A stretch of DNA of 64,000 bases from Alphaproteobacteria bacterium (GCA_965237415.1 CBDEFM010000002.1:2304001-2368000), one strand, 5' to 3'. Positions 34,362 to 44,449 are shown, counted from the first letter of the stretch. Numbers and translations: made by a program. The notes: generated by a model from the letters alone, not told the origin.

Positions 34362-35477
34362 TCACCGCAGGCTCTTCACCACGCGTTCCTGGAAGCTGCG
34401 CACGGCGTCCTCCCACAGCGGGGAGAGCACGCCGCCGTCGTCGGCGATGGCGGACGCGCGACCCTCCTGCAGCCGCTCGCAGATCACCTGGTCCTCCACG
34501 TGCACGTCACGCCAGAGCCTCGCGAGCTCGTCCGCATGCTCGTCGGAGACCGTCTCGGCCTGGAGGCTGTAGACGGCGCGGCGCTGACCGGTGCGACCGG
34601 GCGCCAGCGGCACGTCGAGATGGACGCCGACCTGATCGGGGAGGTAAAGCCCGAGCACGAAGTTGGGGAAGAGCGTGAGGTAGCGGGAGTCCGCAGACAG
34701 CGTGTCGTCCCGCGTCGCCGTGCCGGAGACGTCCACGGCGCAGCCGAGGCAGCCCGGCTCGTTCACCGTGTAGTGGTCCGTCAGCGGCTGTTCGGTGGTC
34801 GTCGCGTGCACGAAGGGCACGTGGTAGGGCTCGATGAAGTTCTCCATCATGAGCTTCCAGTTCGCGGCGATCTCGCCCAGATCGATGGTGACGACGTGGC
34901 GCATCCGGGAGAGGTCGAGCCCCCCGAGGTGCCTCTGGAGCGGCGCGACGAAGTCCTCGATAGAAGGCGCCTCGCCGTTCAGGTTGACGAAGACCCAGTC
35001 GTGCCAGGTCGCCACGCGCACGGGCACCAGCCCGTGCTCCGCGCGGTCGAAGCCGGCCGGCACCGCGCGCGGGTCGTGCCCGCCGAAGTAGGGGGCGAGG
35101 TGCAGCGCACCGTCGAGCCTGTAGGTCCATGAGTGATAGGGGCACTGGATCGCCGGCCCCACGTTGCCGGGTTGGTCGACGAGCTTGAGACAGCGGTGGC
35201 GGCACACGTTGTGAAACGCCCGGACTTGCTGTTCGGCATCGCGCACCAGCAGCACCGGCCGGCCGGCGACGGTGACCGGCACCACGTCGCCCGGCCGGGC
35301 CAGCTCGTGGACGAGGCCGGCGAAGACCCAGGAGTCGGCGAAGATGCGCTCGTTCTCGAGTTGGAAGACCGCCTTGCTGGTGTAGGCCGCAGCCGGAAGC
35401 CCCCTAGCCACCGGCCCCGGAGCCTCGAATGCGGCCAGAGCCTCGGCCCCCAGGATCGATTGCAGCGACAGGCTCAT
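34362..35477 (-). CDS. Rieske aromatic-ring-hydroxylase-family alpha subunit (choline monooxygenase/GbcA-like)
   Basis: NVCRHR..CPYHSW Rieske motif, NWKLMMENFIEPYHVPFVH, ED...CE..Q.G; true start at ATG 35477. Confidence 0.85.
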   Translation of the reverse strand: MSLSLQSILGAEALAAFEAPGPVARGLPAAAYTSKAVFQLENERIFADSWVFAGLVHELARPGDVVPVTVAGRPVLLVRDAEQQVRAFHNVCRHRCLKLVDQPGNVGPAIQCPYHSWTYRLDGALHLAPYFGGHDPRAVPAGFDRAEHGLVPVRVATWHDWVFVNLNGEAPSIEDFVAPLQRHLGGLDLSRMRHVVTIDLGEIAANWKLMMENFIEPYHVPFVHATTTEQPLTDHYTVNEPGCLGCAVDVSGTATRDDTLSADSRYLTLFPNFVLGLYLPDQVGVHLDVPLAPGRTGQRRAVYSLQAETVSDEHADELARLWRDVHVEDQVICERLQEGRASAIADDGGVLSPLWEDAVRSFQERVVKSLR

Positions 35478-35515
35478 GACGATCCCCTGTGCGATCCCCC
35501 TGGAGCGCGCACCAG

Positions 35516-36055
35516 CTAAGGCACGTGGCCCTTGAGCAGAAACTGGTTCTTGAACATGCCGAGCCGGGTCATGACCTCGACGTGGGCGACATCGGGCTGG
35601 CCGTGGATGTGGTCGTTGAGGAAGGTCGTGAGCTCGGTTTCCTCGTCGCACACGACCTCGACCAGCAGGTCGAAGCGGCCGCTGACCCACATGACGTAGA
35701 CGACGGCCTGGTGGGGATCGAGCCGCTGCGCGACTGCGGTGGGTGCGACGCCCGGCGCTGTCTTGATGCCGAGCATGGCGTCCGACTCGTAGTCGACGGC
35801 GACCGGGTCGACCACAGCGACGATGCGGAGCATGCCGGCGTCGCGCATCCGGGTGATACGGTTGCGGACCGTCCCGCCCGATACGCCGAGCTTCTGCCCG
35901 ATCACGTCGTAGGCTTCCCGCCCGTCTTCCTGGAGCAGGCGGATGATCTGCTGGTTGAGATCGTCGTAAGGAGACGAGAGTGGCGAAATGTCGCCGGCGT
36001 CGCCGCCGCTGTCGTCGGTCACTGACTGAACCGCTCGTGGTGTGAATCGGGACAT
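35516..36055 (-). CDS. Lrp/AsnC-family regulator
   Basis: DDLNQQII.LLQEDGR HTH and SGRFDLLVEV RAM domain. Confidence 0.85.
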   Translation of the reverse strand: MSRFTPRAVQSVTDDSGGDAGDISPLSSPYDDLNQQIIRLLQEDGREAYDVIGQKLGVSGGTVRNRITRMRDAGMLRIVAVVDPVAVDYESDAMLGIKTAPGVAPTAVAQRLDPHQAVVYVMWVSGRFDLLVEVVCDEETELTTFLNDHIHGQPDVAHVEVMTRLGMFKNQFLLKGHVP

Positions 36056-36519
36056 GAGTCACCTCGTAGCGTCGTTCGTCGCGGCTTGCCGTCTCCGATA
36101 TCGATTCAGAAGCTGAGTGTGCCAATGATAACGAAATATCAAGAACACGCAACAAATAGTTGTAAATAAGCAAAACATCCGGCTGGAGCGTACAAATCGT
36201 CATCCGGGTCGCTCGCTGGGGTGCCAGGGTGAGCACCCGATGATCGCGCCACCACGGAGTATGGCCGGGGTGCATGCTCTCATCGAGCGGGTCGCCACGA
36301 CGGCTGTGCTGACTCGCAAGGGAAGCGGTGACGCATGCGAACGAACCGGTCCCAGGCGGTTCCCGATCGCCGATGCGGCGCTCGAGAACAACCGTCCGCC
36401 GATCCTCGCCTCGAGGGAACACCGACGCGCCGCTGCGCGAACGTTACTAGGAGAAGCGGGCTGGCGATCCGCCCACCGGTTCAACTATCTTGCCGCACCA
36501 TCATCCAAGGAGAATGACC

Positions 36520-36921
36520 ATGCAGCTTCTACACACCATGCTCCGCGTGGGCGACATGCAGCGCTCCATCGATTTCTACACCAAGGTAGTCGGCATGGAC
36601 CTGCTGCGTACCACGGAGCGCCCGGACCAGGGGTACACCCTTGCCTTCGTCGCGTTCCGGGGCGGCAACGAGAACGGCGAGGCCGAGCTGGAGCTGACCT
36701 ACAACCACGGCGTGTCGGAATACGACCTCGGTTCCGCGTACGGACACATCGCGCTGGGCGTGGAGAGTGTCGCCGAGACCTGCGAGCGCATTCGGGCGGC
36801 GGGCGGCAACATCACGCGCGAGCCGGGGCCGGTGAAGGGCGGCACCACCGTGATTGCGTTCGTGGAGGATCCAGACGGGTACAAGGTGGAGCTGATCGAG
36901 GCGGGTACGCACGGAACCTGA
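36520..36921 (+). CDS. gloA: Lactoylglutathione lyase (glyoxalase I)
   Basis: [38 protein letters not shown]. Confidence 0.92.
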   Translation: MQLLHTMLRVGDMQRSIDFYTKVVGMDLLRTTERPDQGYTLAFVAFRGGNENGEAELELTYNHGVSEYDLGSAYGHIALGVESVAETCERIRAAGGNITREPGPVKGGTTVIAFVEDPDGYKVELIEAGTHGT

Positions 36922-37038
36922 ACGCGTCCCCGTGCGGCCGGCTTTACGTCGGTCGCGGGCCCACGTCTGACTCCCGGACCGCTTGCGCAGCCTAGCCGAT
37001 CGGCTAGGCTCGGGCCGCCACCCGAAGGAGAACACCCG

Positions 37039-37557
37039 ATGAGCCAAGCCGCCGCCCCCGTCGCCCGCGTCTCCGCACCGAGCGCGCATCCCTTCTCGCC
37101 GCCCGATATCGTGCTCCCGACCGAACCGGAGGACGAACGGATCTGGGTGCCGCTGAAGGAGGGCGTCTGGCTGCGCCCGCTGATGTACAACACGGTGCAG
37201 GGTGGCTGGTGCGAGGTCGTGAAGGTCACGGGCGGGGGCTTCGTCTCGCGCCACCGGCATCCGGCGCCGGTCCACGGCCTCGTGCTCAAGGGCGCCTTCC
37301 GCTACCTCGAGCACGACTGGATCGCTGATCAGGGAACCTACATCTACGAGCCGCCGGGCGAGGTTCATACCCTCGTGGTCGACGACGACTGCCCGGAGAT
37401 GCACTGCTTCTTCGCGATCTCGGGCTCGGTCAACTATGTGGACGAGGAAGGCCGGGACGTCCGCGCGGAGGATGTCTTTCACCGCCTCGACCGCGCGCGG
37501 CAACACTACGAGGAGGTCGGCCTCGGCGCCGACTACGTCAAGAACTTCGTGCGTTAG
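37039..37557 (+). CDS. 2,4'-dihydroxyacetophenone dioxygenase-like cupin
   Basis: SRHRHP, YLEHDW, YIYEPPGEVHTL. Confidence 0.75.
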   Translation: MSQAAAPVARVSAPSAHPFSPPDIVLPTEPEDERIWVPLKEGVWLRPLMYNTVQGGWCEVVKVTGGGFVSRHRHPAPVHGLVLKGAFRYLEHDWIADQGTYIYEPPGEVHTLVVDDDCPEMHCFFAISGSVNYVDEEGRDVRAEDVFHRLDRARQHYEEVGLGADYVKNFVR

Positions 37558-37616
37558 AGCGCGCGCCTTGCGAACGGGATAGGCTTCGCGGGCATCGGAA
37601 TTGGGAGCGATTTGCC

Positions 37617-37829
37617 ATGCAGAAAGGATTCACGGCCGTCGTGAAGCAATCCGGTCCCTGGTGGATCGGCTGGATCGAAGAGATTCCCGGTGTCAATTGC
37701 CAGGAGCGCACGAGAGAGGAGTTGCTGGAAACTCTCCGTGTGACGTTGCGGGAAGCGCTGGAGCAGAATCGCAGCGAGGCCATCGAGGCCGCCGGGCAAG
37801 ACTATGAAGAAGCAACCGTCGTTGTATGA
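37617..37829 (+). CDS. hicB: HicB-family antitoxin
   Basis: FTAVVKQSGPWWIGWIEEIPGVNCQERTREEL. Confidence 0.85.
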   Translation: MQKGFTAVVKQSGPWWIGWIEEIPGVNCQERTREELLETLRVTLREALEQNRSEAIEAAGQDYEEATVVV

Positions 37830-38047
37830 AGCGTCGGAAGCTTCTGCGGCATCTGCGCAACCATGGCTGCGCGTTGTTGCGTGAAGGCGGACGGCACTCT
37901 TGGTGGCACAACCCGTCGTCGAACAGGCGTTCGGCCGTTCCGCGACACGTAGAGATCGACGAGTATGTGCGGCCGGCGACGGTCGCCGACGCGCTTGCCG
38001 CCCTCGGCCGCTACGACGAAGGCGATGCGGCTCATTCTGCGTCTTAA
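37826..38047 (+). pseudogene. hicA: HicA toxin whose C-terminus is replaced by a copy of the 5' end of the downstream FAD-subunit gene
   Basis: MKRRKLLRHL..GC.LLREGGRHSWW..P...VPRH.EI followed by DEYVRPATVADALAALGRY. Confidence 0.75.
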
Positions 38048-39365
38048 CGAACACCGTTCTTCGGCCATGTCCTCGAAGCTCTCCGACATTTGAAGTAACG
38101 TGCTCAAGCGCGACGCGGTTGCATACACTGCTCGCAGCTTCGAACGCGTTTACGATAGTGACGAGGCGGGCGACCTGGAGCTGCGGAAGACGGCATACAA
38201 GGATCTCACCAACAATTACTACGAACTGGTGACGGATTTTTATGAGTACGGTTGGGGCAAATCATTTCATTTTGCGCCACGTGCCCCGGACGAAAGTTTC
38301 GCAGACTCCCTTGCCCGCCACGAACGCAACCTCGCACAACGACTTGACCTGCGAACCGGAATGCGGGTGGCGGATCTGGGTTGTGGTGTCGGTGGTCCGT
38401 TGCGTGAGATTGCCCGCTTCTCCGGAGCCACGATCGTCGGCGTGAATAACAATGAATACCAACTCGACAGGGCCCGGAAGCTGACCGAAGAAGCGGGACT
38501 GGGGCACTTGGCGGAGTTTCTCAAGTGCGACTTCATGCACATGGATGCGCCGGACAATTCATTCGACGCCGCCTACGCGATCGGGGCCACCATCCACGCG
38601 CCGAGCAAGGTCGGCTGTTACGGTGAAGTGTTCCGGGTGCTCAAGCCAGGAGGATGCTTCGCGGCCTACGAGTACTGTCTCACCAGCCGCTTCGATCCGA
38701 ACAACCCGCGGCACCGGAAGATAAAGAGCGATCTCGAGGTCAGCGGCGCATTGCCGGACGTCGCCCTTCCACACCAGGTCGACGACGCACTGCGGCAGGT
38801 CGGGTTCGAGTTGCTGGAATCCAGAGACCTGGCCGAGAATCCGGGGCCAGGCATCCCCTGGTACCAGCCCCTCGCCGGTTCGCGAATCTCGTTTGCCGGC
38901 TTTCGCAGTTCGAGAACGGGACGCCTGGCGACCCATGGCACTCTACAGCTTATGGAAGCGCTCGGAATTGTGCCCCAGGGAACCGTGCGCGCGTCCACAC
39001 TCCTGAACATGTGTGCAAAGGCTTACGTGGCATGCGGTCGCCTGGGTATCCTCACGCCGATGTACTTCGTGTACGCGCGCAAGCCGCAGTAGCGCCGCGA
39101 TCCCGCGCGGGCCACGTCGTCCGGGATAGAGGCCCGCGCACCCGGCTGGCGCCATCTGTGCCGGCTCGCGGCGGCGACCGGTCGGTGCCGGTGGAGCCTT
39201 TCGAATCAACCGTGCAAGGCGGCGGCGCCCGCACCTATAATGGCGCGCCGGTAAGCGACGGGGAGCAGCCAGCATGTATCCAGCACCGATCGACGAGTAT
39301 GTGCGGCCGGCGACGGTCGCCGAGGCGCTCGCCGCCCTCGGCCGCTATGAGGAAGGCGATGCGGC
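37954..39365 (+). repeat. 78-bp direct repeat (37954-38031 and 39288-39365) flanking the methyltransferase gene
   Basis: 74/78 identical; all 4 mismatches at codon third positions. Confidence 0.9.
38100..39092 (+). CDS. Sterol C-24 methyltransferase (ERG6/SMT-like)
   Basis: YY.LVTDFYEYGWGKSFHFA, DLGCGVGGP, GVNNNEYQ, YAIGATIHAP, LKPGG.F..YE, GILTPMY. Confidence 0.85.
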   Translation: MLKRDAVAYTARSFERVYDSDEAGDLELRKTAYKDLTNNYYELVTDFYEYGWGKSFHFAPRAPDESFADSLARHERNLAQRLDLRTGMRVADLGCGVGGPLREIARFSGATIVGVNNNEYQLDRARKLTEEAGLGHLAEFLKCDFMHMDAPDNSFDAAYAIGATIHAPSKVGCYGEVFRVLKPGGCFAAYEYCLTSRFDPNNPRHRKIKSDLEVSGALPDVALPHQVDDALRQVGFELLESRDLAENPGPGIPWYQPLAGSRISFAGFRSSRTGRLATHGTLQLMEALGIVPQGTVRASTLLNMCAKAYVACGRLGILTPMYFVYARKPQ

Positions 39366-40152
39366 CTTCATCGCCGGCGGCCAGAGCCTCATGCAGGCCG
39401 TCAAGGCGCGGCTGGTCCGCCCGCGCTGCCTGATCGACCTCCAGGCGGTTTCCGGGCTCTCCGGCATCGAAGTGGGCGCCGATGGGGTGCGCATCGGGCC
39501 GATGACGCGCTACGTGGAGATCGCCCGCGACCAGCGACTCAGCGGTGCCCATGCGGCGCTCCGCGACGCGGCGCAGCGCATCGGCGACCGCCAGGTTCGC
39601 AACCGGGGCACCATCGGCGGAAGCTTGTGCTGGAACTATCTCGCCGCCTGCATGCCGCCCACCGCAATCGGGCTCGGCGCAGAACTTGAGTTGACCGCGG
39701 CCGACGGCGGCAAGCGAACCTTGGCGGCGGAGGATTTTATCGGCGGCCCACTGGAGACGGCGCGGGAAGAAAACGAGATTCTCACCGCCATCACCATCCC
39801 AGCGGCAACGGGGAATGGCGGCAGCGCATACAAGAAGTGGGGCCTCGTGACCGACGCGCTGCCGGTGATCGGCGTCTGCGTTGCGCTGGAGGTGGCCGAC
39901 GGGCGCTGCGCCAGCGCGCGGGTGGCGGTCGGCGGCCTCGCGACCGGGCCCAGGCGCTCGGGCGCCGCCGAGGAGGCGCTGATCGGCGTGGCCACCGGCG
40001 ATGGGGACGGCATCGCGGCGGCAATGGACGCGGCCGCGGCAGAGATCGAGACCCAGGAGGACCTCTGGGCCGACAGCGACTATCGCAAGCTGCTCATCCG
40101 CTCGCTCGGCGCCGAGGTCGCGGCCACGGCCTTCGCGCGGGCGGCAGGCTAA
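39274..40152 (+). CDS. Molybdenum hydroxylase FAD-binding subunit (CoxM/CutM-like)
   Basis: IAGGQSL, DRQVRNRGTIGGS, Y.K, D....DYR. Confidence 0.85.
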   Translation: MYPAPIDEYVRPATVAEALAALGRYEEGDAAFIAGGQSLMQAVKARLVRPRCLIDLQAVSGLSGIEVGADGVRIGPMTRYVEIARDQRLSGAHAALRDAAQRIGDRQVRNRGTIGGSLCWNYLAACMPPTAIGLGAELELTAADGGKRTLAAEDFIGGPLETAREENEILTAITIPAATGNGGSAYKKWGLVTDALPVIGVCVALEVADGRCASARVAVGGLATGPRRSGAAEEALIGVATGDGDGIAAAMDAAAAEIETQEDLWADSDYRKLLIRSLGAEVAATAFARAAG

Positions 40153-40174
40153 GGGCGGGGAGAGGAAACCGGCA

Positions 40175-40648
40175 ATGAGCACGACCACGATCACGGTGAC
40201 GATCAACGGCGAGGTCTTCGAGGAGACCGTGCCGGTCCGCATGCTGCTGGTCGACTTCATCCGCGAGCGCGCAGGCCTCACCGGCACCCATATCGGCTGC
40301 ACCTACGAGGGCGTCTGCGGCGCGTGCACGGTCCAGCTCGACGGCGAAGCGGTGAAGTCCTGCCTGATGGTCGCCGCCCAGGCCGACGGGCACGAGATCA
40401 CCACTGTCGAGGCCTTGGCCAAGGGCGGCAAACTCTCGCCCCTGCAGCGGGCCTTCAACGAGCAGCACGCCCTGCAATGCGGCTACTGCACGCCGGGCAT
40501 TCTGATGAACATGGACGAGTTCCTGCGCGAGAACCCGGACCCCACCGACGAGGAGATCCGCCACGGATTGGTCGGCAATCTCTGCCGGTGTACCGGCTAC
40601 GTGCACATCGTCGATGCGGTTCGTCAGGCCGCGAAAGAGACCAGGTGA
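40175..40648 (+). CDS. Molybdenum hydroxylase 2Fe-2S subunit (CoxS-like)
   Basis: [29 protein letters not shown]. Confidence 0.88.
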   Translation: MSTTTITVTINGEVFEETVPVRMLLVDFIRERAGLTGTHIGCTYEGVCGACTVQLDGEAVKSCLMVAAQADGHEITTVEALAKGGKLSPLQRAFNEQHALQCGYCTPGILMNMDEFLRENPDPTDEEIRHGLVGNLCRCTGYVHIVDAVRQAAKETR

Positions 40649-43062
40649 CGGAGAAGAAGCGGATGACCGGGACAAGCGAAGGCTGGGTCGGTGCTCAGTT
40701 CCACCGGAAGGAAGATCATCGGCTCACCACCGGGCGGGGCCGCTTCTTCGCCGACATCGTGATGCCGGGTGCGGTGCACATCATGTTCAAGCGCAGCGAT
40801 CACGCGCACGCGCGGATCAAGAGCATCGACGTGAGCGCGGCCAAGGCGATGCCGGGCGTCATCGCGGTCGTCACCGGCGACGACATCAAGGACAAGATCC
40901 TGTCCATGCCGCAACCGGTCGTACAGCCGGCGCTGCCCGCCACCTACCCAAAGCACTGGCCGCTCGCGGTCGGCAAGGTGAAGTGGCATGGCGAGCCGGT
41001 GGCGGCCGTTGTCGCCCGCGACCCCTACATCGCCGAGGACGCAGCCGAGACGATCGAGGTGGAGTACGACCCGCTCCCCTATGTCGGCGATCCCGAGAGC
41101 GCGCTCGCTGAGGGAGCGACCATCGTCCACGAGGGCTGGCCCGACAACGTCATCTTCGAGATGGACTTCACCGGCGGCGCCGACGCCGAAAGCCAGGCGG
41201 CGCACGAGGCCAAGGTCCAGGAGGTCTTCGATAGCGCCGATATCGTGATCAAGCAGCGTTTCACCTGCCACCGCTGCGGCGTTACGCCGATGGAGACCCG
41301 CGGTGCGCTCTTCGATTGGGATGAATCCGATGGCATGACCGGCTGGATCACCACCCAGCGCCCGCATATCGACAGGCTGGCGCTGTCGGACATCCTCGAG
41401 ATCCCGGCGGAGAAGATGCGCATCATCGCGCCGCGCGATCAGGGCGGCGGCTTCGGCGTCAAGGCGCCCTTCTACCGAGAGCCGATTCTGGTGGCCTATC
41501 TGGCCAAGACGCTCGGCCGCCCGGTGCGTTGGGTGGAGACCCGCCAGGAGCACCTGATGGCGGTGAGCCAGGAGCGCGATCAGATTCACGATCTCGAGGT
41601 CGCGGCGGCCCGCGACGGCAAGCTGCTTGCGATCCGCGATCGCGGTCTCGCCGACTGCGGCGACGGTTGCGAGGGGGTCTATTGGGGCTTCCTTATGCCC
41701 TTCCTCGGCGCGATCGAGCTTCCCAACGCCTACGATTGGCCGATCGGCGACGTCAAGGTGAAGGTCGCCATCACCAACAAGTCGGCGCTGTCGCCGGCCC
41801 GCGCCTTCGGCGAGCTGCCCACCCGCTTCGCCATGGAGCGCGCCATCGACATGGTGGCCAAGAAGTGCGGCATGGAGCCCGCGGACGTGCGCCGCAAGAA
41901 CCTCGTCGCCGAGTTGCCCTATACCTCGATCACCAACGAGTATTTCGACAGCGGGGACTTCATCAAGGTATGGGACAACCTGATGGCAGAGGCCGACCTG
42001 CCGGGCTTCCGCGCCCGCCAGGCCGAGGCGCGGGCGGAGGGCCGCTATCTCGGGATCGGCTTCGGCCTGGGCGTCGAGCTCTCCGGGGTCGCCTCCGAGC
42101 TGTTCGTCCCGATGGAGAACCAGCCGGGCTACGGCGCAGCGACCGTGCGGCTCGACCCGCGCGGCAAGGTGCTGGTCTTCGAGGGCGATGCGCCCGGCGG
42201 GCAGGGACACGAGACCACAGTCGCCCAGGCCATCGCCCACAGCTTCGGCATCCACCCCAACGACGTGGTGGTGACGACCGGGGATACGGGCACGACGCCC
42301 TTCGGCTCCGGCACCGTCGGTGCCCGCGCCGGCTCCTACTTCGTCAGCGCCGCGGTCCAGGCCTGCGATTTCCTCAAGGAGAAGATCGCGCGAATCATGG
42401 CCCACGACCTCGCGCTCGCCGACGCGTCGCCGGCCGACTTCGAATTCAGGGACGGCTTCGTGACCTATGCGAAGGACACGAACATCAAGAAGACGTTCCG
42501 GGAGGCGGTGGAGCGCATCATCATGGCGCCGATCAACATGCCGAAAGGGGAATCCGGCGGCCTCGAGCACACCGCCTTCTTCGAGGCCGAGAAGCCGATG
42601 ATCGCCTTCAACGCCGATGTCTGTACGGTCGAGGTCGATATCGAGACCGGGCAGTTCAAGATCCTGACCTGGACGACGTCGGAGGACGTGGGGCAGATCA
42701 TCAACCCCCAGATCGTCGAGGGGCAGATGCAGGGCGCCATAGTTCAGGGCCTCTCCAACACCATGTTCGAGCAGTTCGTCTACGACGAGAACGGCCAACA
42801 GCTCACCGCCGATTTCGAGAACTACAAGCTCGCGACAGCGGCGGACGTGCCGGACATCAAGGTGACGCATGCGCCGACGCCCTGCCCCTACACGCCATTG
42901 GGAAGCCGCGGCATCGGCGAGGGCCGCCCGTCGGACGTGCCGGGCACGCTCTGCAACGCCATCTGCGACGCGCTCAGCCCCTTCGATATCGAAATCACGG
43001 ATCTTCCGCTCCGCCCGGATTCGCTCTGGCGCAAAATTCAGGCGGCGCGCGGGGCCTCGTAA
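40645..43062 (+). CDS. Xanthine-dehydrogenase-family Mo-binding large subunit (not form I CODH)
   Basis: GGGFGVK, GQGHET, GTVGAR, RGIGE; active-site loop PARAFGE instead of AYRCSFR. Confidence 0.85.
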   Translation: MTEKKRMTGTSEGWVGAQFHRKEDHRLTTGRGRFFADIVMPGAVHIMFKRSDHAHARIKSIDVSAAKAMPGVIAVVTGDDIKDKILSMPQPVVQPALPATYPKHWPLAVGKVKWHGEPVAAVVARDPYIAEDAAETIEVEYDPLPYVGDPESALAEGATIVHEGWPDNVIFEMDFTGGADAESQAAHEAKVQEVFDSADIVIKQRFTCHRCGVTPMETRGALFDWDESDGMTGWITTQRPHIDRLALSDILEIPAEKMRIIAPRDQGGGFGVKAPFYREPILVAYLAKTLGRPVRWVETRQEHLMAVSQERDQIHDLEVAAARDGKLLAIRDRGLADCGDGCEGVYWGFLMPFLGAIELPNAYDWPIGDVKVKVAITNKSALSPARAFGELPTRFAMERAIDMVAKKCGMEPADVRRKNLVAELPYTSITNEYFDSGDFIKVWDNLMAEADLPGFRARQAEARAEGRYLGIGFGLGVELSGVASELFVPMENQPGYGAATVRLDPRGKVLVFEGDAPGGQGHETTVAQAIAHSFGIHPNDVVVTTGDTGTTPFGSGTVGARAGSYFVSAAVQACDFLKEKIARIMAHDLALADASPADFEFRDGFVTYAKDTNIKKTFREAVERIIMAPINMPKGESGGLEHTAFFEAEKPMIAFNADVCTVEVDIETGQFKILTWTTSEDVGQIINPQIVEGQMQGAIVQGLSNTMFEQFVYDENGQQLTADFENYKLATAADVPDIKVTHAPTPCPYTPLGSRGIGEGRPSDVPGTLCNAICDALSPFDIEITDLPLRPDSLWRKIQAARGAS

Positions 43063-43096
43063 ACCGCCCCCTGCCGCCCTGCGGGGGTCGGGGACG

Positions 43097-44449
43097 ATGG
43101 CGGCAACGCGGGTGCGCATCGGCTCCGGCGCGGGCTTCGCCGGCGACCGTTGGGAGCCAGCGGTGGAGCTGGTCGAGCAGGGCGGCCTCGACTACATCGC
43201 CTTCGAGTGCCTCGCCGAGCGCACCATCGCGCGCGAAACCCTCGCCGTGCGGCGAGGCCAAGGAAGCGGCTACAACCCCCAGCTTGAAGACCGCATGCGT
43301 GCCGTCCTGCCGCCGGCAGCGGCACGGGGCGTTCGGGTGCTCAGCAACATGGGCGCCGCCGACCCGCTGGCGGCGGGCCGCAAGACCTCCGAGATTGCGG
43401 GCGACCTCGGGCTTGCCGACCGGCGCTGCGCGGTGTTGCTGGGCGACGATGTACAGGATGCCGTCGCCGCCCAGCCGGGCCTCCCGTTGATGGAGACCGG
43501 CGCGGCGCTGGAAAGCATCCTGCCCCGCATGGCGTCCGCGAACGCCTATCTCGGCGCGGACGCGGTGGCTTCGGCGCTCGCCACCGGGGCGCCGGCGGTG
43601 GTGACGGGCCGGGTCGCCGACCCCTCGCTCTTCGTCGGCCCCATCGTCCACGCGCTCGGCTGGAGCTACGACGATTACGCCCGTCTCGCCCAGGCCACGG
43701 CGGCCGGGCACCTGCTGGAATGCGCGGGCCAGGTGAGCGGCGGCTACTTCGCCGACCCCGGCGTCAAGGACGTGCCCGAATTGGCACGCCTCGGCTTCCC
43801 CTTCGCCGACGTGACCGCCGAGGGCGACGTGACCATCGGCAAGTGTGCCGGCACTGGCGGGCGCATCGATACCGCCACCTGCACCGAGCAGCTTCTTTAC
43901 GAGGTCGACGATCCCGCGGGCTATGTCACGCCCGACTGTGTGCTCGACATGACCGGCATCGCCTTTCGCGAGGTGGGGCCCGACCGGGTGGCGGTCTCCG
44001 GCGCGCGGGCGCGCTCGCGGACCGCGACCTACAAGGTGAGTGTCGGCTATTTCGACGGCTATCTGGGCGAGGGGCAGCTCTCCTACGGTGGGCCCAACAC
44101 TGTCGCGCGCGCCCGGCTCGCCAGCGAGATCGTGGCGGAGAGGCTGCGCCTGCGCGGCTTCGCCTACGACGCCCTCGATGCCCGCCTGATCGGTCTCGAC
44201 AGCCTGCATGGGCCTGGCGCAGGCCGGCCCGAGCCCTACGAGGTCAGGCTCCGCGTCACCGGCCGCACGCAGGACAAGAAGGCGGCCGAGGCCGTAGGTT
44301 TCGAGGTCGCAGCGCTCTACACCAACGGGCCAGCGGGCGGGGCGGGAGACGCCGCGTCGGTCCGCGAAATCCTCGCGGTGCAGTCGGTCCTGCTACCGCG
44401 CGATCAGGTGCGCCCACGCGTCGAGGTGGTGGAGTCCGGGCGATGCTGA
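43097..44449 (+). CDS. AtuA/DUF1446-family protein
   Basis: IGSGAGFAGDR, FECLAERT, NAYLGA, GRVADPSL, GHLLECAGQ, EQLLYE. Confidence 0.85.
   Translation: MAATRVRIGSGAGFAGDRWEPAVELVEQGGLDYIAFECLAERTIARETLAVRRGQGSGYNPQLEDRMRAVLPPAAARGVRVLSNMGAADPLAAGRKTSEIAGDLGLADRRCAVLLGDDVQDAVAAQPGLPLMETGAALESILPRMASANAYLGADAVASALATGAPAVVTGRVADPSLFVGPIVHALGWSYDDYARLAQATAAGHLLECAGQVSGGYFADPGVKDVPELARLGFPFADVTAEGDVTIGKCAGTGGRIDTATCTEQLLYEVDDPAGYVTPDCVLDMTGIAFREVGPDRVAVSGARARSRTATYKVSVGYFDGYLGEGQLSYGGPNTVARARLASEIVAERLRLRGFAYDALDARLIGLDSLHGPGAGRPEPYEVRLRVTGRTQDKKAAEAVGFEVAALYTNGPAGGAGDAASVREILAVQSVLLPRDQVRPRVEVVESGRC

Noticed and set aside
35478-36422. N-terminal 315 aa of the 686-aa Rieske ORF as a fusion domain
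   Set aside because: Read-through across the Lrp gene in another frame; the real start is ATG 35477.
40645-43062. Second CO dehydrogenase
   Set aside because: It lacks the Cu-binding Cys loop AYXCSFR and also the form II AYXGAGR.
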